From Candidatus Aminicenantes bacterium UBA6072 (GTDB lineage: Bacteria; Acidobacteriota; Aminicenantia; UBA2199), in assembly GCA_002436105.1 (NCBI GenBank), contig DIXU01000003.1, forward strand, positions 107,773 through 171,772: DNA of 64,000 nucleotides, in the 5' to 3' direction. Below, piece after piece: positions 35,668 through 44,328 of the stretch (position 1 is its first letter; each line of letters opens with the position of its first letter). A program made the translations under genes and the position numbers. Under the pieces are notes generated by a model. It did not search any database. It was not told where the DNA came from and was given only the letters and a program-made list of their open reading frames with translations.

Positions 35668-35748
35668 AATCAGTGATGAGTGATGCGTGATGAGTGATGA
35701 GAAACAGCGAGCCAACATCGTGCTTTTCTTTCCCATCACTATGGATCG
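35668..35748. repeat. Tandem-heptamer element F (asymmetric)
   Basis: AATCAGTG ATGAGTG ATGCGTG ATGAGTG ATGAGAA (35668-35703), core ACAGCGAGCCAACATCGTGCTTTTCTTTCC, then only CATCACT ATGGATC (35733-35746) as the complementary partner. It lies between the rpiB stop and the glyA start. Confidence 0.55.
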
Positions 35749-35779
35749 TTGAATCTGTCGGCTCATCAGGATTCTCGGG

Positions 35780-36250
35780 TCATTCAACCTTCTTTTCAAC
35801 CTGATCGCGCAGGTAATCCAGCCGGGCCTGGTGGCGCCCCCCGGCAAAGGGCGTCTCGAGGAACACGGCGACGATGCGCAGGGCCGTGGCGGGGTCGAGG
35901 ACGCGCGCGCCCAGGGCGAGGATATTGGCGTCGTTGTGCTGGCGGGCCACGCGGGCGGCTTCTTCCGTGTGACAGAGGGCGGCGCGCACGCCGGAGAACC
36001 TGTTGGCCACGATGGACATGCCGATGCCCGAGCCGCAGATCAGGATGCCCACGGCGTGCTGCGGATCGGCGGCGACCCGGGCGGCGGCCAGGGCTCCGAA
36101 CTCGGCCCAATTGGAGGGCTGCGGAGAATGGGTGCCGACGTCATCGACGGTTCGACCCTGTTGGCGCAATGCGGCGACGATCCTCCCCTTCAGCTCGAAC
36201 CCCGCGTGGTCGGAGGCGACGATGACGTTCATGCCGCTGCCGGTGTCCAT
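35780..36250 (-). CDS. rpiB: Ribose-5-phosphate isomerase B
   Basis: VIVASDHAGFELK and ILICGSGIGMSIVANR motifs. An alternative start is 36232. Confidence 0.9.
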   Translation of the reverse strand: MDTGSGMNVIVASDHAGFELKGRIVAALRQQGRTVDDVGTHSPQPSNWAEFGALAAARVAADPQHAVGILICGSGIGMSIVANRFSGVRAALCHTEEAARVARQHNDANILALGARVLDPATALRIVAVFLETPFAGGRHQARLDYLRDQVEKKVE

Positions 36251-36256
36251 GGGGCC

Positions 36257-36568
36257 TCAGCTGGCGAAGCCCAGGTCCAGCCTGAGCGAATCGCCGGGAT
36301 TCAGTATCAGGGCCACGTACTCGACACGTCCCGGCTGGCCGACCGGAAAATAGATCAGCTCCACGTCGAAGGTGTCGCCGCCGGGCCAGGACAGGGTGAG
36401 GGTATCGGTTTGGCCGACCGCGATCGTCGTTGAATGGTAGTCGAGGGTGACCACGATGTCGCGGACGCCGGTGTTGCGAACGTTCACCCGGGCTTCGCTG
36501 CTGCGCGCGCAGCCGCCCAGCCAGATCAAGGCGGGGAATACTGCCAGCCACGCGATTTTTTTGCTCAT
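36257..36568 (-). CDS. Small lipoprotein, unknown function
   Basis: 103 aa from MSKKIAWLAVFPALIWLGGC (lipobox LGGC). SD AAGGAG upstream. The 231-aa track ORF is an N-terminal over-extension. Confidence 0.6.
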   Translation of the reverse strand: MSKKIAWLAVFPALIWLGGCARSSEARVNVRNTGVRDIVVTLDYHSTTIAVGQTDTLTLSWPGGDTFDVELIYFPVGQPGRVEYVALILNPGDSLRLDLGFAS

Positions 36569-36710
36569 GGGACTCCTTTCAGGCCATAAATTAAACCATT
36601 TCGCCCCGCAAGTCAATAGCGGCGGCGGTCGCCGGCCCCCCGTTCCGATGGGACCGGGACGTCGGGATCGAAGCGGCCCCTCCAGCCGTCGTTGCGGGGC
36701 GGTGCGGCCA

Positions 36711-38231
36711 TCAGCCGTAGGGGATCTCCCGCTGCTCCTCCTCGGCGCCGACGCGGATGGCGGGAATATCGCTGCGCGGGCAAACGCTCTCGCAGATGCC
36801 GCAGCCGATGCACAGGTCGGGAACGACGTAGATCTGCCGGACTCGCCTGAGCCGGCCGCGGAAATCGTGCACCTCGACCTCGCGGAAGCGGATGGCTTTC
36901 TCAGGCACCGGGCAATGCTCCTCGCAGACGGCGCAGTTGTAGCCGTCGGCATAGGTGTAGCAGGCGCTGCGGTCGATGACCGCGGTGCCGATCTTGAACT
37001 GCTTCTTCTCCTCCAGGGTCAGCCTGGCCAGGGCGTGGGTCGGGCAGACCTGGGTGCAGCGGTGGCACTCGTACTCGCAGTAGCCGCTGGTCGGCACCAG
37101 CACGGGGGTCCAAACCCCCTCCAGCCCGGCCTGGAATACGGCCGGCTGCAGGGCGTTGGTCGGGCAGGCCTGCAGGCAGGCGCCGCAGCGAATGCATTTT
37201 TCCAGGAATTCCTTCTCGCCGACGGCGCCGGGCGGGCGCAGGAAGGAATGGGTCCTGGCGCTGCGGGCCGGGGCGATCAGGGGCAGGGCGGCCGCGGCCA
37301 GGCCGACGGCGGAAGCGCCCAAAAGGCGGCGGCGGCCCAGGTCCAGGGCAGGTCGCCGGCCGGAGACGGGAAGGCCGAAGCGCAGGTCGATGGCCGCCTC
37401 GGGACAATCGCTCACGCAGTTGAAGCACAGGACGCATTCCGACTTGAGATAATCCTTGAAGGGACTGCCGTAGTAGGTGCAATGCGCGGCGCAGGCGTTG
37501 CATGAGCGGCACTTGTCGTTGATCGCCAGGCGCAGCAGCGACCAGCGGCCCAGCAGGCCGTACAGGGCCCCCAGGGGGCACAGGTAATTGCAAAAGAAGC
37601 GGCGGCGGTGGAGGTTCAGCAGCAGCAGGCCGAGGAAAATGACGCCGATGCCGGCGGCCTGCAGGAAGGAGCGCTGCGTCACGGTGAGCAGGACGCGGCG
37701 CCCGAGTTCATACAGCGGTTCGGGCCCCGCCAGCAGGGCCTGCTGCAAAAGGGCGTTCGCGCCCGGCAGGATCACGGTGGCGGCGCTGCGGGTGAGCAGG
37801 GAAAAGGGATCGATCCAGCCCAGGAGCTGGACGGTGAAGAGCGAGGCAACCAGCAAGGCGGCGAGCAGCAGGTACTTCAAGCGCAACGGCTTGCGGGCCA
37901 CCGGCATGCGGCGCTGCCCGCGGCGCGCACCCAGCCAGGTGAAGAACTGGTTCATAGCTCCCAGGGGGCATATCCAGCCGCAGAAGAAACGGCCGAGCAG
38001 CAGGGTCAGCAGCAGCGGCGCCAGCGCGAGCAGGAAGATGCGCAGGAAAGGCCCGGCCAGCAGGCTGACCCACAGGAAAAGCGGGTCGAAATAAAAGAAA
38101 AGCCCGGCCCAGGGCAGGCGCGCCGCGTCTCCCCCGCCGCTGCGCACGAGGAGAAGGAAGAAGAGGACAGTGAAAATGATCTGGCTGAGGATGCGCGCCC
38201 GCTGCAGCAGCCGCCCCGTTCGCCTGTCCAT
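36711..38231 (-). CDS. NapH-like membrane polyferredoxin fused to a NapG/MauM-like 4x[4Fe-4S] ferredoxin
   Basis: N-terminal TM helices with CGWICPLG and FCNYLCPLG. Internal RRxLL TAT-like motif followed by LRPPGA. At least four CxxCxxCxxxCP clusters. Confidence 0.8.
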   Translation of the reverse strand: MDRRTGRLLQRARILSQIIFTVLFFLLLVRSGGGDAARLPWAGLFFYFDPLFLWVSLLAGPFLRIFLLALAPLLLTLLLGRFFCGWICPLGAMNQFFTWLGARRGQRRMPVARKPLRLKYLLLAALLVASLFTVQLLGWIDPFSLLTRSAATVILPGANALLQQALLAGPEPLYELGRRVLLTVTQRSFLQAAGIGVIFLGLLLLNLHRRRFFCNYLCPLGALYGLLGRWSLLRLAINDKCRSCNACAAHCTYYGSPFKDYLKSECVLCFNCVSDCPEAAIDLRFGLPVSGRRPALDLGRRRLLGASAVGLAAAALPLIAPARSARTHSFLRPPGAVGEKEFLEKCIRCGACLQACPTNALQPAVFQAGLEGVWTPVLVPTSGYCEYECHRCTQVCPTHALARLTLEEKKQFKIGTAVIDRSACYTYADGYNCAVCEEHCPVPEKAIRFREVEVHDFRGRLRRVRQIYVVPDLCIGCGICESVCPRSDIPAIRVGAEEEQREIPYG

Positions 38232-38237
38232 GGCCGG

Positions 38238-39179
38238 TCAGGCCGACAGGCTCTTGAGCGCGATTTTGGCGATATCGATCTCGCCCATCCCGCGCTCGTG
38301 GGCCGCCTGCAGGAACTCGACCTGGCGGGCGTCGCGGCCGAACAGCGCGGCGGCGGCCACGTCGGCGTGCATGATCTGCGGGGAGGCGATGACCGTGCGC
38401 CGCTCCTCCACGTCGCTCAGCCGGCCGCCCACCGGGCCGTTGCGGACAAGGACGCGCCAGGCGTCGACCACGACCAGGTGGCTGCGGAAGCCGTTGGCCA
38501 GGTCGGCGATGTTCTCGCCCATGTCGCGGTGCAGCTTGCCGCGATTGCCGCCCAGGATGCCGAAGAGGTTCTTCATGGCGATGGTCAGCCCCGAGCTGCC
38601 GTGGTGCTTGAGGATCGGCACGTTGATGAACTTGTCCACCTCGAGGTGGTCGCGGTACACCGGCCACTTGCCGAGGAACTCGCCCTTGAAGTCGTGCAGC
38701 ACCAGGCGGTTCTCGTCGCTGAAGCGGACCTCGGCCCCCGCCCGGCGCGCCATGGCCTCGATGCCGCTGCGCTGGTAGCAGTCCTCGGCCTTGTGGCAGG
38801 TGTTGTCCATGACCACGACCTTCTTGGCCCCGGCGGCGAAGGCGAGCTCGATGACGGCGCGCAGCACCTCGGGATGGGTGCAGGCGGCCTGCTCCGTCGT
38901 GCGGTTCCAGCCGATATTGGGCTTGACCATGACCACGTCTCCGCGGGAGACAAACTGGTTCATGCCGCCCAGCTCGGCCACGGCCCGCCGGGTGATCTCG
39001 TAGGGAGAGGTACCCTTGACCTGGATCACGCCGGCCGCGCCGCCGGTCTGCGCCCGTACCGCGGGGGCGGATCGAGCGGCAGCCGGAGACGCGGGCGCGC
39101 CCTGGGCGCGGGCGAGCGCCGGAACGAGCAGCCCCGAGGAGACCCACATGCCGTTGCGGACGAATGTTCTTCTTTTCAT
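38238..39179 (-). CDS. TAT-signal periplasmic protein, DUF362-like
   Basis: MKRRTFVRNGMWVSSGLLVPALARA twin-arginine signal, and the GDVVMVKPNIGWN motif typical of DUF362. It sits 6 nt upstream of the polyferredoxin gene. Confidence 0.6.
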   Translation of the reverse strand: MKRRTFVRNGMWVSSGLLVPALARAQGAPASPAAARSAPAVRAQTGGAAGVIQVKGTSPYEITRRAVAELGGMNQFVSRGDVVMVKPNIGWNRTTEQAACTHPEVLRAVIELAFAAGAKKVVVMDNTCHKAEDCYQRSGIEAMARRAGAEVRFSDENRLVLHDFKGEFLGKWPVYRDHLEVDKFINVPILKHHGSSGLTIAMKNLFGILGGNRGKLHRDMGENIADLANGFRSHLVVVDAWRVLVRNGPVGGRLSDVEERRTVIASPQIMHADVAAAALFGRDARQVEFLQAAHERGMGEIDIAKIALKSLSA

Positions 39180-39230
39180 GGAACCATTCTAACGGATCGC
39201 GGACCGGCGGTCAATGGTGCGGGCCGGGGA

Positions 39231-40685
39231 CTACTTCATGCTTTTCAACAGCCCCGCCATGAAGTCCCACACCTTGCCGATCGAGTCCACATGAATCTTT
39301 TCGTCGGGCGCATGGGGATTCTTCAGGGTCGGGCCGAAGGAGATCATGTCCATGCCTTCCTTCTTGTCGCCGATGATGCCGCATTCGAGCCCGGCATGGA
39401 TGACCTCCACGAGGGGTTCCTTGCCGAACAGCTTGCGATAGACTTCCTTGCAGCGCGCCAGCAGCGGCGACTGCAGGTTGGGCTGCCAGGCGGGATAGCC
39501 GTTGCCGCTGACGGCATCAGCGCCGGCGAGGCGGGCGATCGCCTCGATCCTCCAGGTCAGGGCGTGCAGGCGCGACATGACCGAGCTGCGCTGGCTGGTG
39601 ACGATCTCCAGCTTGCTGTTGGTGATGCGGACGCTGGCCTCGTTGTTGGAGGTCTCGACCAATCCCTTGATCTCGGCGGACATGGCGGCCACGCCGTGGG
39701 GCAAGGCCAGGAGCAGGTCGAGGATGCGGCCGCTGTCGGCGGTGTTGAGCGGGCGCTTGCCCATGGTCTCCAGCTGGAGCTCGACGCTGACCTTCAGGTT
39801 GGGATCGGTTTTCCTGAACTCTTTCCTGAACGTCCCCTCCAGCTCGGAAACGATGCGCTCAATGTCCTTGAAGCTGTCGCGGGGGATGAATATGTCGGCC
39901 CAGGCGTCGCGGGGGATGGCATTGTGTGCCGTGCCGCCGGAGACGTCGGCCAGGCGGACATCGCACTCGCGGCGCACCTGCATCAGTGCCCGCACCAGGA
40001 CGCGGATGGCATTGGCGCGCTCCTCGTTGATGTTGACCCCGGAGTGCCCGCCGTTCATGCCGCCGGCCTTCAGGCGCGCCATGACGAAACCTTCGGGGGC
40101 GTCCTCGTAGTGCACGGCCAGGCTGATGCGCGTGTCGCGCCCGCCGGCGCAGCCGACGGTGAACACGCCCTCGTCCTCGGAGTCGACGTTGAGCAGGATC
40201 TTGCCCTCGATGAAGTCGCCCTGCAGGGCGTTGGCGCCGGTCAGCCCGGTCTCCTCGTCGACGGTGAACAACAGCTCCAGCGGGGGATGAGCCACCTCCT
40301 TGTCCAGGGCCAGCACCATGGCCATGGCCAGGGCGATGCCGTTGTCGGCCCCCAGCGTCGTGTGGTCGGCTTTCAGCCATTCGCCGTCGAAGACAAAGCG
40401 GATCGGGTCCTTGGAAAAGTCGTGGGGCGAGTCGGCCGTCTTCTCGCAGACCATGTCCATGTGCCCCTGGATGACGACGATCCCGGACTTCTCGTATCCC
40501 GGGCTGGCCGGAACCTTGATCAGCACGTTGCCGACCTTGTCCTGCCTGGACTGCAGGCCGTTCTTCCCTGCCCAGTCGAGCAGGAAGGCGCCGATCTTCT
40601 CTTCATGCTTGGAACAGCGCGGAATGGCGCTGATCCGCTCGAACAGATCGAGGATCTGCTTCGTTTTTTGGTGACGGATATTCAT
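39231..40685 (-). CDS. pepD: Aminoacyl-histidine dipeptidase (M20C, PepD)
   Basis: FERISAIPRCSKHE, IQGHMDMVCEK, LGADNGIA and VDSEDEG motifs. Start at MNIRHQ. Confidence 0.88.
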   Translation of the reverse strand: MNIRHQKTKQILDLFERISAIPRCSKHEEKIGAFLLDWAGKNGLQSRQDKVGNVLIKVPASPGYEKSGIVVIQGHMDMVCEKTADSPHDFSKDPIRFVFDGEWLKADHTTLGADNGIALAMAMVLALDKEVAHPPLELLFTVDEETGLTGANALQGDFIEGKILLNVDSEDEGVFTVGCAGGRDTRISLAVHYEDAPEGFVMARLKAGGMNGGHSGVNINEERANAIRVLVRALMQVRRECDVRLADVSGGTAHNAIPRDAWADIFIPRDSFKDIERIVSELEGTFRKEFRKTDPNLKVSVELQLETMGKRPLNTADSGRILDLLLALPHGVAAMSAEIKGLVETSNNEASVRITNSKLEIVTSQRSSVMSRLHALTWRIEAIARLAGADAVSGNGYPAWQPNLQSPLLARCKEVYRKLFGKEPLVEVIHAGLECGIIGDKKEGMDMISFGPTLKNPHAPDEKIHVDSIGKVWDFMAGLLKSMK

Positions 40686-40789
40686 TGAATCGCTCCTTGG
40701 CGGAAAACTTTTCAGAAAAAAAACTATAATGGAAACATCCCCAAAAGTCAATCCCGGCCCGGGCCGGCGCCCCGGGCGCCGCCGGCCTG

Positions 40790-40818
40790 TTGCAAACCGC
40801 TGTCATCCGGCATACAAT
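40790..40818 (+). promoter_or_regulatory. Sigma70-type promoter, leaderless geometry
   Basis: TTGCAA (40790-40795), N17, TACAAT (40813-40818), then 8 nt to ATG 40827. Confidence 0.5.
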
Positions 40819-40826
40819 GGCGGCGC

Positions 40827-41582
40827 ATGGTGCGCATTCCGGCCGCTCTCCTGCTGTTCAGCCTGCTATTTCCCGCTGCGGAGATCGCTCCCAGCGGCAT
40901 CACCTGCTGCGACGAGCAGAAGATCCGCCTGGCCATGACCGAGGAGGCGCTGCGGCGCATCGCGAACCGGAGCGAAGGCCGCGCCCGGAGCGAAACCGAT
41001 TACCTGTGCGCCCAGGCGCATGAACGCATCCGCGGCCGCCTTCCTTCCGGCGGCCGCGACCAGGTCCTGGACTTCATGCGCCAGGCCCTGCGGCAAAACG
41101 ACACCGACGAGGACACGCGCGAATTTCAGAAGCTCGTCGGCCACTTCATCCTGGGCATGACCCTGGAGATCGGCCATACATTCCAGGACGAGTACGACCA
41201 GGCCCGGGCGGCGAAGGAAAAGCTCGACAGGCTGCTCGACACGCTGGAGGACTCTCCCCTTGCCGGGGAGGAGGCCTTGAGCCGGGCCCTGTTCCACGCC
41301 GACCTGACCGAAAAGGAATTGCGGCGCATCCGGGCCCTGGAAAGGAAATGGCGGGAAAAGGAGGCCTTTGCCTCCCCCTTCGATGAGTTCAGCGAACTCA
41401 GAAGGAATGTCCTCGGCCTTGCCGCCGATCCCGATCAGCGCATGACCTTCATGCTCGCCGGGCGCTACCGGGCCGACCACCCTTTCCTGGACGAGTTCCT
41501 GAAGAATTACCGTCGCCTGGCCGCTGATTTCCGCGAAACAGCGCGCCGCGTGAACGAGCTTCTCGACACCCGGGCAGATTGA
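40827..41582 (+). CDS. Hypothetical secreted helical protein
   Basis: 251 aa with a signal-like N-terminus MVRIPAALLLFSLLFPAAE. No motif recognised. Confidence 0.55.
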   Translation: MVRIPAALLLFSLLFPAAEIAPSGITCCDEQKIRLAMTEEALRRIANRSEGRARSETDYLCAQAHERIRGRLPSGGRDQVLDFMRQALRQNDTDEDTREFQKLVGHFILGMTLEIGHTFQDEYDQARAAKEKLDRLLDTLEDSPLAGEEALSRALFHADLTEKELRRIRALERKWREKEAFASPFDEFSELRRNVLGLAADPDQRMTFMLAGRYRADHPFLDEFLKNYRRLAADFRETARRVNELLDTRAD

Positions 41583-41706
41583 GTGCCATCCCGGCCGCGT
41601 TCTCCATGCTCTTTCCCGGGTTGAATTCGCTCGCGAAATATTCTACAATCCACCCCATGAATGCACGAAATTCCCGGATGAACGGCAAAGGACACGGTCG
41701 CGAAGC

Positions 41707-43434
41707 ATGCTGGACCCACTGAGCGCGAACGGTCGGGGAAAAGGACGCATCGCCATTCCAGCGCCGCTGCTGGCGCTGGCCGCCGCCCTGTTGACCGGGC
41801 TGATCCTCCGTTTATGGGGCATCCAATGGGGATTCCCGCGCATCGACCTGAGCCCGGACGAGCTCAATATCTGGAGGATCAGCGCCCGCTTGAACTGGCA
41901 ACACCTCGACCCCGGGTTTTACAACTACTCGGGGCTGACCTTCCACCTGAATTTTTTCGCCGTCCAGCTGCTGCGCCTCTTCGGCGTGACGATCGAGCCG
42001 CACACCATCCTGCTGGTCAGCCGCTTGTGGAGCGTGTTCTTCGGCACCCTGACCATCGCCATGGCTTTCCTGGCCGCCCGCGATTTCTTTGCGGACGAGC
42101 GAGCCGGCGCCTGGGCGGCGTGGGCCGTCGCCCTGCTGCCGATTCACGCCTGGCACTCGCATTTCGGAACCAGCGACATCGGCCTGGTCTTCTGGATGAC
42201 GACCGTCTTCTGGCTCTCCGTGCGCGCCGGCCGGGAACCCAGCCTCCGGCGCTTCCTCCTGGCCGGTCTGGCGGTGGGTTTCGCCGTCGGCGTCAAGTTC
42301 AACGGCGCATTGGCCGCCATCACCCTGCTGGTCGCAGCGATCGTCGCCTGGCGTGAACGGCGCATCCCGCGGCCAGGACGGGTCTTGTTGCTGCTGGGGG
42401 CATCCGCGGGCGCCGCGCTTTTGGGATTCTTCATTGTCTCGCCCTATTCGCTCATCCACCTGGCAACGACCGTAAGCGCATTTTTTTTTGAATCCGCCCA
42501 CGTCAAGGGCGGGCACTACGGCTTCGACCTGTCGCCGGACGGCTTCCCCTATTATCCCTACGCCTATCAATTATTCGCCGCCTTTCCCTTCTCGTTCGGC
42601 GTGCCCCTCTACCTGGCCACGCTCATTTCGCTCATCCATTTCATCTTCCGAAGCGGGAAAGCGCAGCGGCTTCTCGGCCTCGCCTTCCCGCTCGCCTACC
42701 TGGGCATACTGGCTTCGTGGAAGTTCGTGCCGACGCGCTATTACCTGCCGGCGCTCCCCATCCTGCTGATTCTCGCTTCCCGGGGCTTCAGCCGGGCGCT
42801 GGCCGCTTCCGGCCGCTGGCGCAGGTTTGCCGCGCGGTCGGCCGCCTTCCTGGTCCTGGCCTACACGCTCGCCTACAGTGCGTCCACGGTGGATCGCTTC
42901 CGCCTGGACACGCGGCTGGAGGCCGCCCGCTGGGCCCGGCAGGCGGTTGGCCCCGGCAGCCGCTTCATCCTGGTCGAGCCCATCTTTGACCGCAACGCCC
43001 TCGTCCCCGCCGACGCTCCCGCCCCGATGTCCTTTCCCGTCCCGTTGGAACGGGTGATGGAGAAATCCTACATGCCGTTGCTCGACCGCGGGCGCTTCCA
43101 GGTGACGACCCGCGACCTGCCGAGCACCGTCTCGGACATGGAGCGCGGCCGGCTGGGCCCCAACGACGTCCTGTGCCTCAGCAGCCTGGTTTACCTGCGC
43201 GATGTGCGCCTGGGCCGGAAGGCCGAGGGCCGCCTGCGCCTGTGGAATACCATCCGCCGCAATCCGCGCCGGTTCCGTCGCCTGAAGGTCTTTGATTCAC
43301 CGTTCCTGAACCGCCGCTTCTATGCCGCTCTGGACCCGATGTTCGCCTGCGACTTCGTTTCGCCGACCCTCGAATTCTACGTGCCGCGGCCCCGGATCGG
43401 GGGTCCCACTCGCGAAAGCCCGGCGCAGCCCTGA
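41707..43434 (+). CDS. GT-C fold glycosyltransferase (family 39 / ArnT-PMT-like)
   Basis: 575 aa, more than 10 TM helices. DE motif in the first external loop (IDLSPDELNIW) and a soluble C-terminal domain. Confidence 0.8.
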   Translation: MLDPLSANGRGKGRIAIPAPLLALAAALLTGLILRLWGIQWGFPRIDLSPDELNIWRISARLNWQHLDPGFYNYSGLTFHLNFFAVQLLRLFGVTIEPHTILLVSRLWSVFFGTLTIAMAFLAARDFFADERAGAWAAWAVALLPIHAWHSHFGTSDIGLVFWMTTVFWLSVRAGREPSLRRFLLAGLAVGFAVGVKFNGALAAITLLVAAIVAWRERRIPRPGRVLLLLGASAGAALLGFFIVSPYSLIHLATTVSAFFFESAHVKGGHYGFDLSPDGFPYYPYAYQLFAAFPFSFGVPLYLATLISLIHFIFRSGKAQRLLGLAFPLAYLGILASWKFVPTRYYLPALPILLILASRGFSRALAASGRWRRFAARSAAFLVLAYTLAYSASTVDRFRLDTRLEAARWARQAVGPGSRFILVEPIFDRNALVPADAPAPMSFPVPLERVMEKSYMPLLDRGRFQVTTRDLPSTVSDMERGRLGPNDVLCLSSLVYLRDVRLGRKAEGRLRLWNTIRRNPRRFRRLKVFDSPFLNRRFYAALDPMFACDFVSPTLEFYVPRPRIGGPTRESPAQP

Positions 43435-43468
43435 AGCGGGAGGGACCGCGCCCGGCCGCTGCCGGAAC

Positions 43469-43497
43469 TTGAAATCCTCCCCGATATTGCGTACAAT
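43469..43497 (+). promoter_or_regulatory. Sigma70-type promoter, leaderless geometry
   Basis: TTGAAA (43469-43474), N17, TACAAT (43492-43497), then 6 nt to ATG 43504. Confidence 0.5.
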
Positions 43498-43503
43498 GCG
43501 TTG

Positions 43504-44328
43504 ATGGAAAACACCTCGATCCCGCCCGGGGAGACCCCCTGGCAGCTGAAAATGTTCAACCGCTCGCTGAAGAAAAAGATGAAGGTCGCGACCCTGGCCC
43601 GCCATTTTCCCTGCCTGGAAAGCCGCACCTGCCTGCTGGTGACCTGCGGCGACAACAACGGCGCCATCAATTGGAAGATCCGCGAAATGGGCGGCCGCTG
43701 GACCTGGGCCGATTTCGAGGCGCAGGGCATTCCGGGAATGGAGGAGCTTCTCGGCGAACCGGTGATCCGCATCGACCGCGCCCTGTCCCGCCTGCCCTTC
43801 CCTGACGGAGCCTTCGATTTGGTGGTCAGCATCGACGTGCACGAGCATCTGGATGATCCCCTGCCCGTTTCCCGCGAACTGGCGCGCGTCGCCCGGGCGG
43901 GCGGCACCGTGATCATCACCACCCCCAACGGCGATGAAAAGAAACTGGCGGTACGCATCAAGAAGGCCATCGGCATGGACGCCAAGGCTTACGGCCACCG
44001 GCGCATCGGCTTTGATATCCCTGACTTGCGCCGGCTGGCGGAAACGGCCGGGCTGACCTTCCGCCGCGGCGACTCCTATGCCCGCTTCTTTACCGAGATG
44101 ATCGAGCTGGCGATCAATTTCCTTTACGTCAAGGTGCTGGCCAAAAAAAGCTCCGCCAAGGTCGAGGAAGGCACGATCGCCCCGGTGAGCCGGGACCAGC
44201 TCGAGTCGGTGAAGAAAAGCTATCGTCTGTACTCCCTGGTCTACCCGCTTTTCTGGCTGGTCTCCCGCCTCGATGTCCTGGTCTTCTTCACCCGCGGCTA
44301 CGCCGTGGTGGCCGTGTGCGCCAAATGA
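43504..44328 (+). CDS. Class I SAM-dependent methyltransferase with a C-terminal hydrophobic segment
   Basis: LLVTCGDNNG (motif I-like), FDLVVSIDVHEHLDDP and GGTVIITTP. Confidence 0.8.
   Translation: MENTSIPPGETPWQLKMFNRSLKKKMKVATLARHFPCLESRTCLLVTCGDNNGAINWKIREMGGRWTWADFEAQGIPGMEELLGEPVIRIDRALSRLPFPDGAFDLVVSIDVHEHLDDPLPVSRELARVARAGGTVIITTPNGDEKKLAVRIKKAIGMDAKAYGHRRIGFDIPDLRRLAETAGLTFRRGDSYARFFTEMIELAINFLYVKVLAKKSSAKVEEGTIAPVSRDQLESVKKSYRLYSLVYPLFWLVSRLDVLVFFTRGYAVVAVCAK

Noticed and set aside
37608-40688. Very long antisense ORFs in the track. Examples are 37608..40688 (1026 aa), 3086..5098, 990..2438, 28254..30281, 57032..59005, 60474..62255, 49366..51057, 22739..24685, 15751..17229, 6311..7660, 10794..12359 and 45245..46366.
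   Set aside because: Each lies opposite a gene with clear family motifs. Their translations are low-complexity and rich in G, A, R, P, D, L, V, Q and H, with no motifs. Stop-poor antisense frames are expected in GC-rich DNA with G/C-biased third positions.
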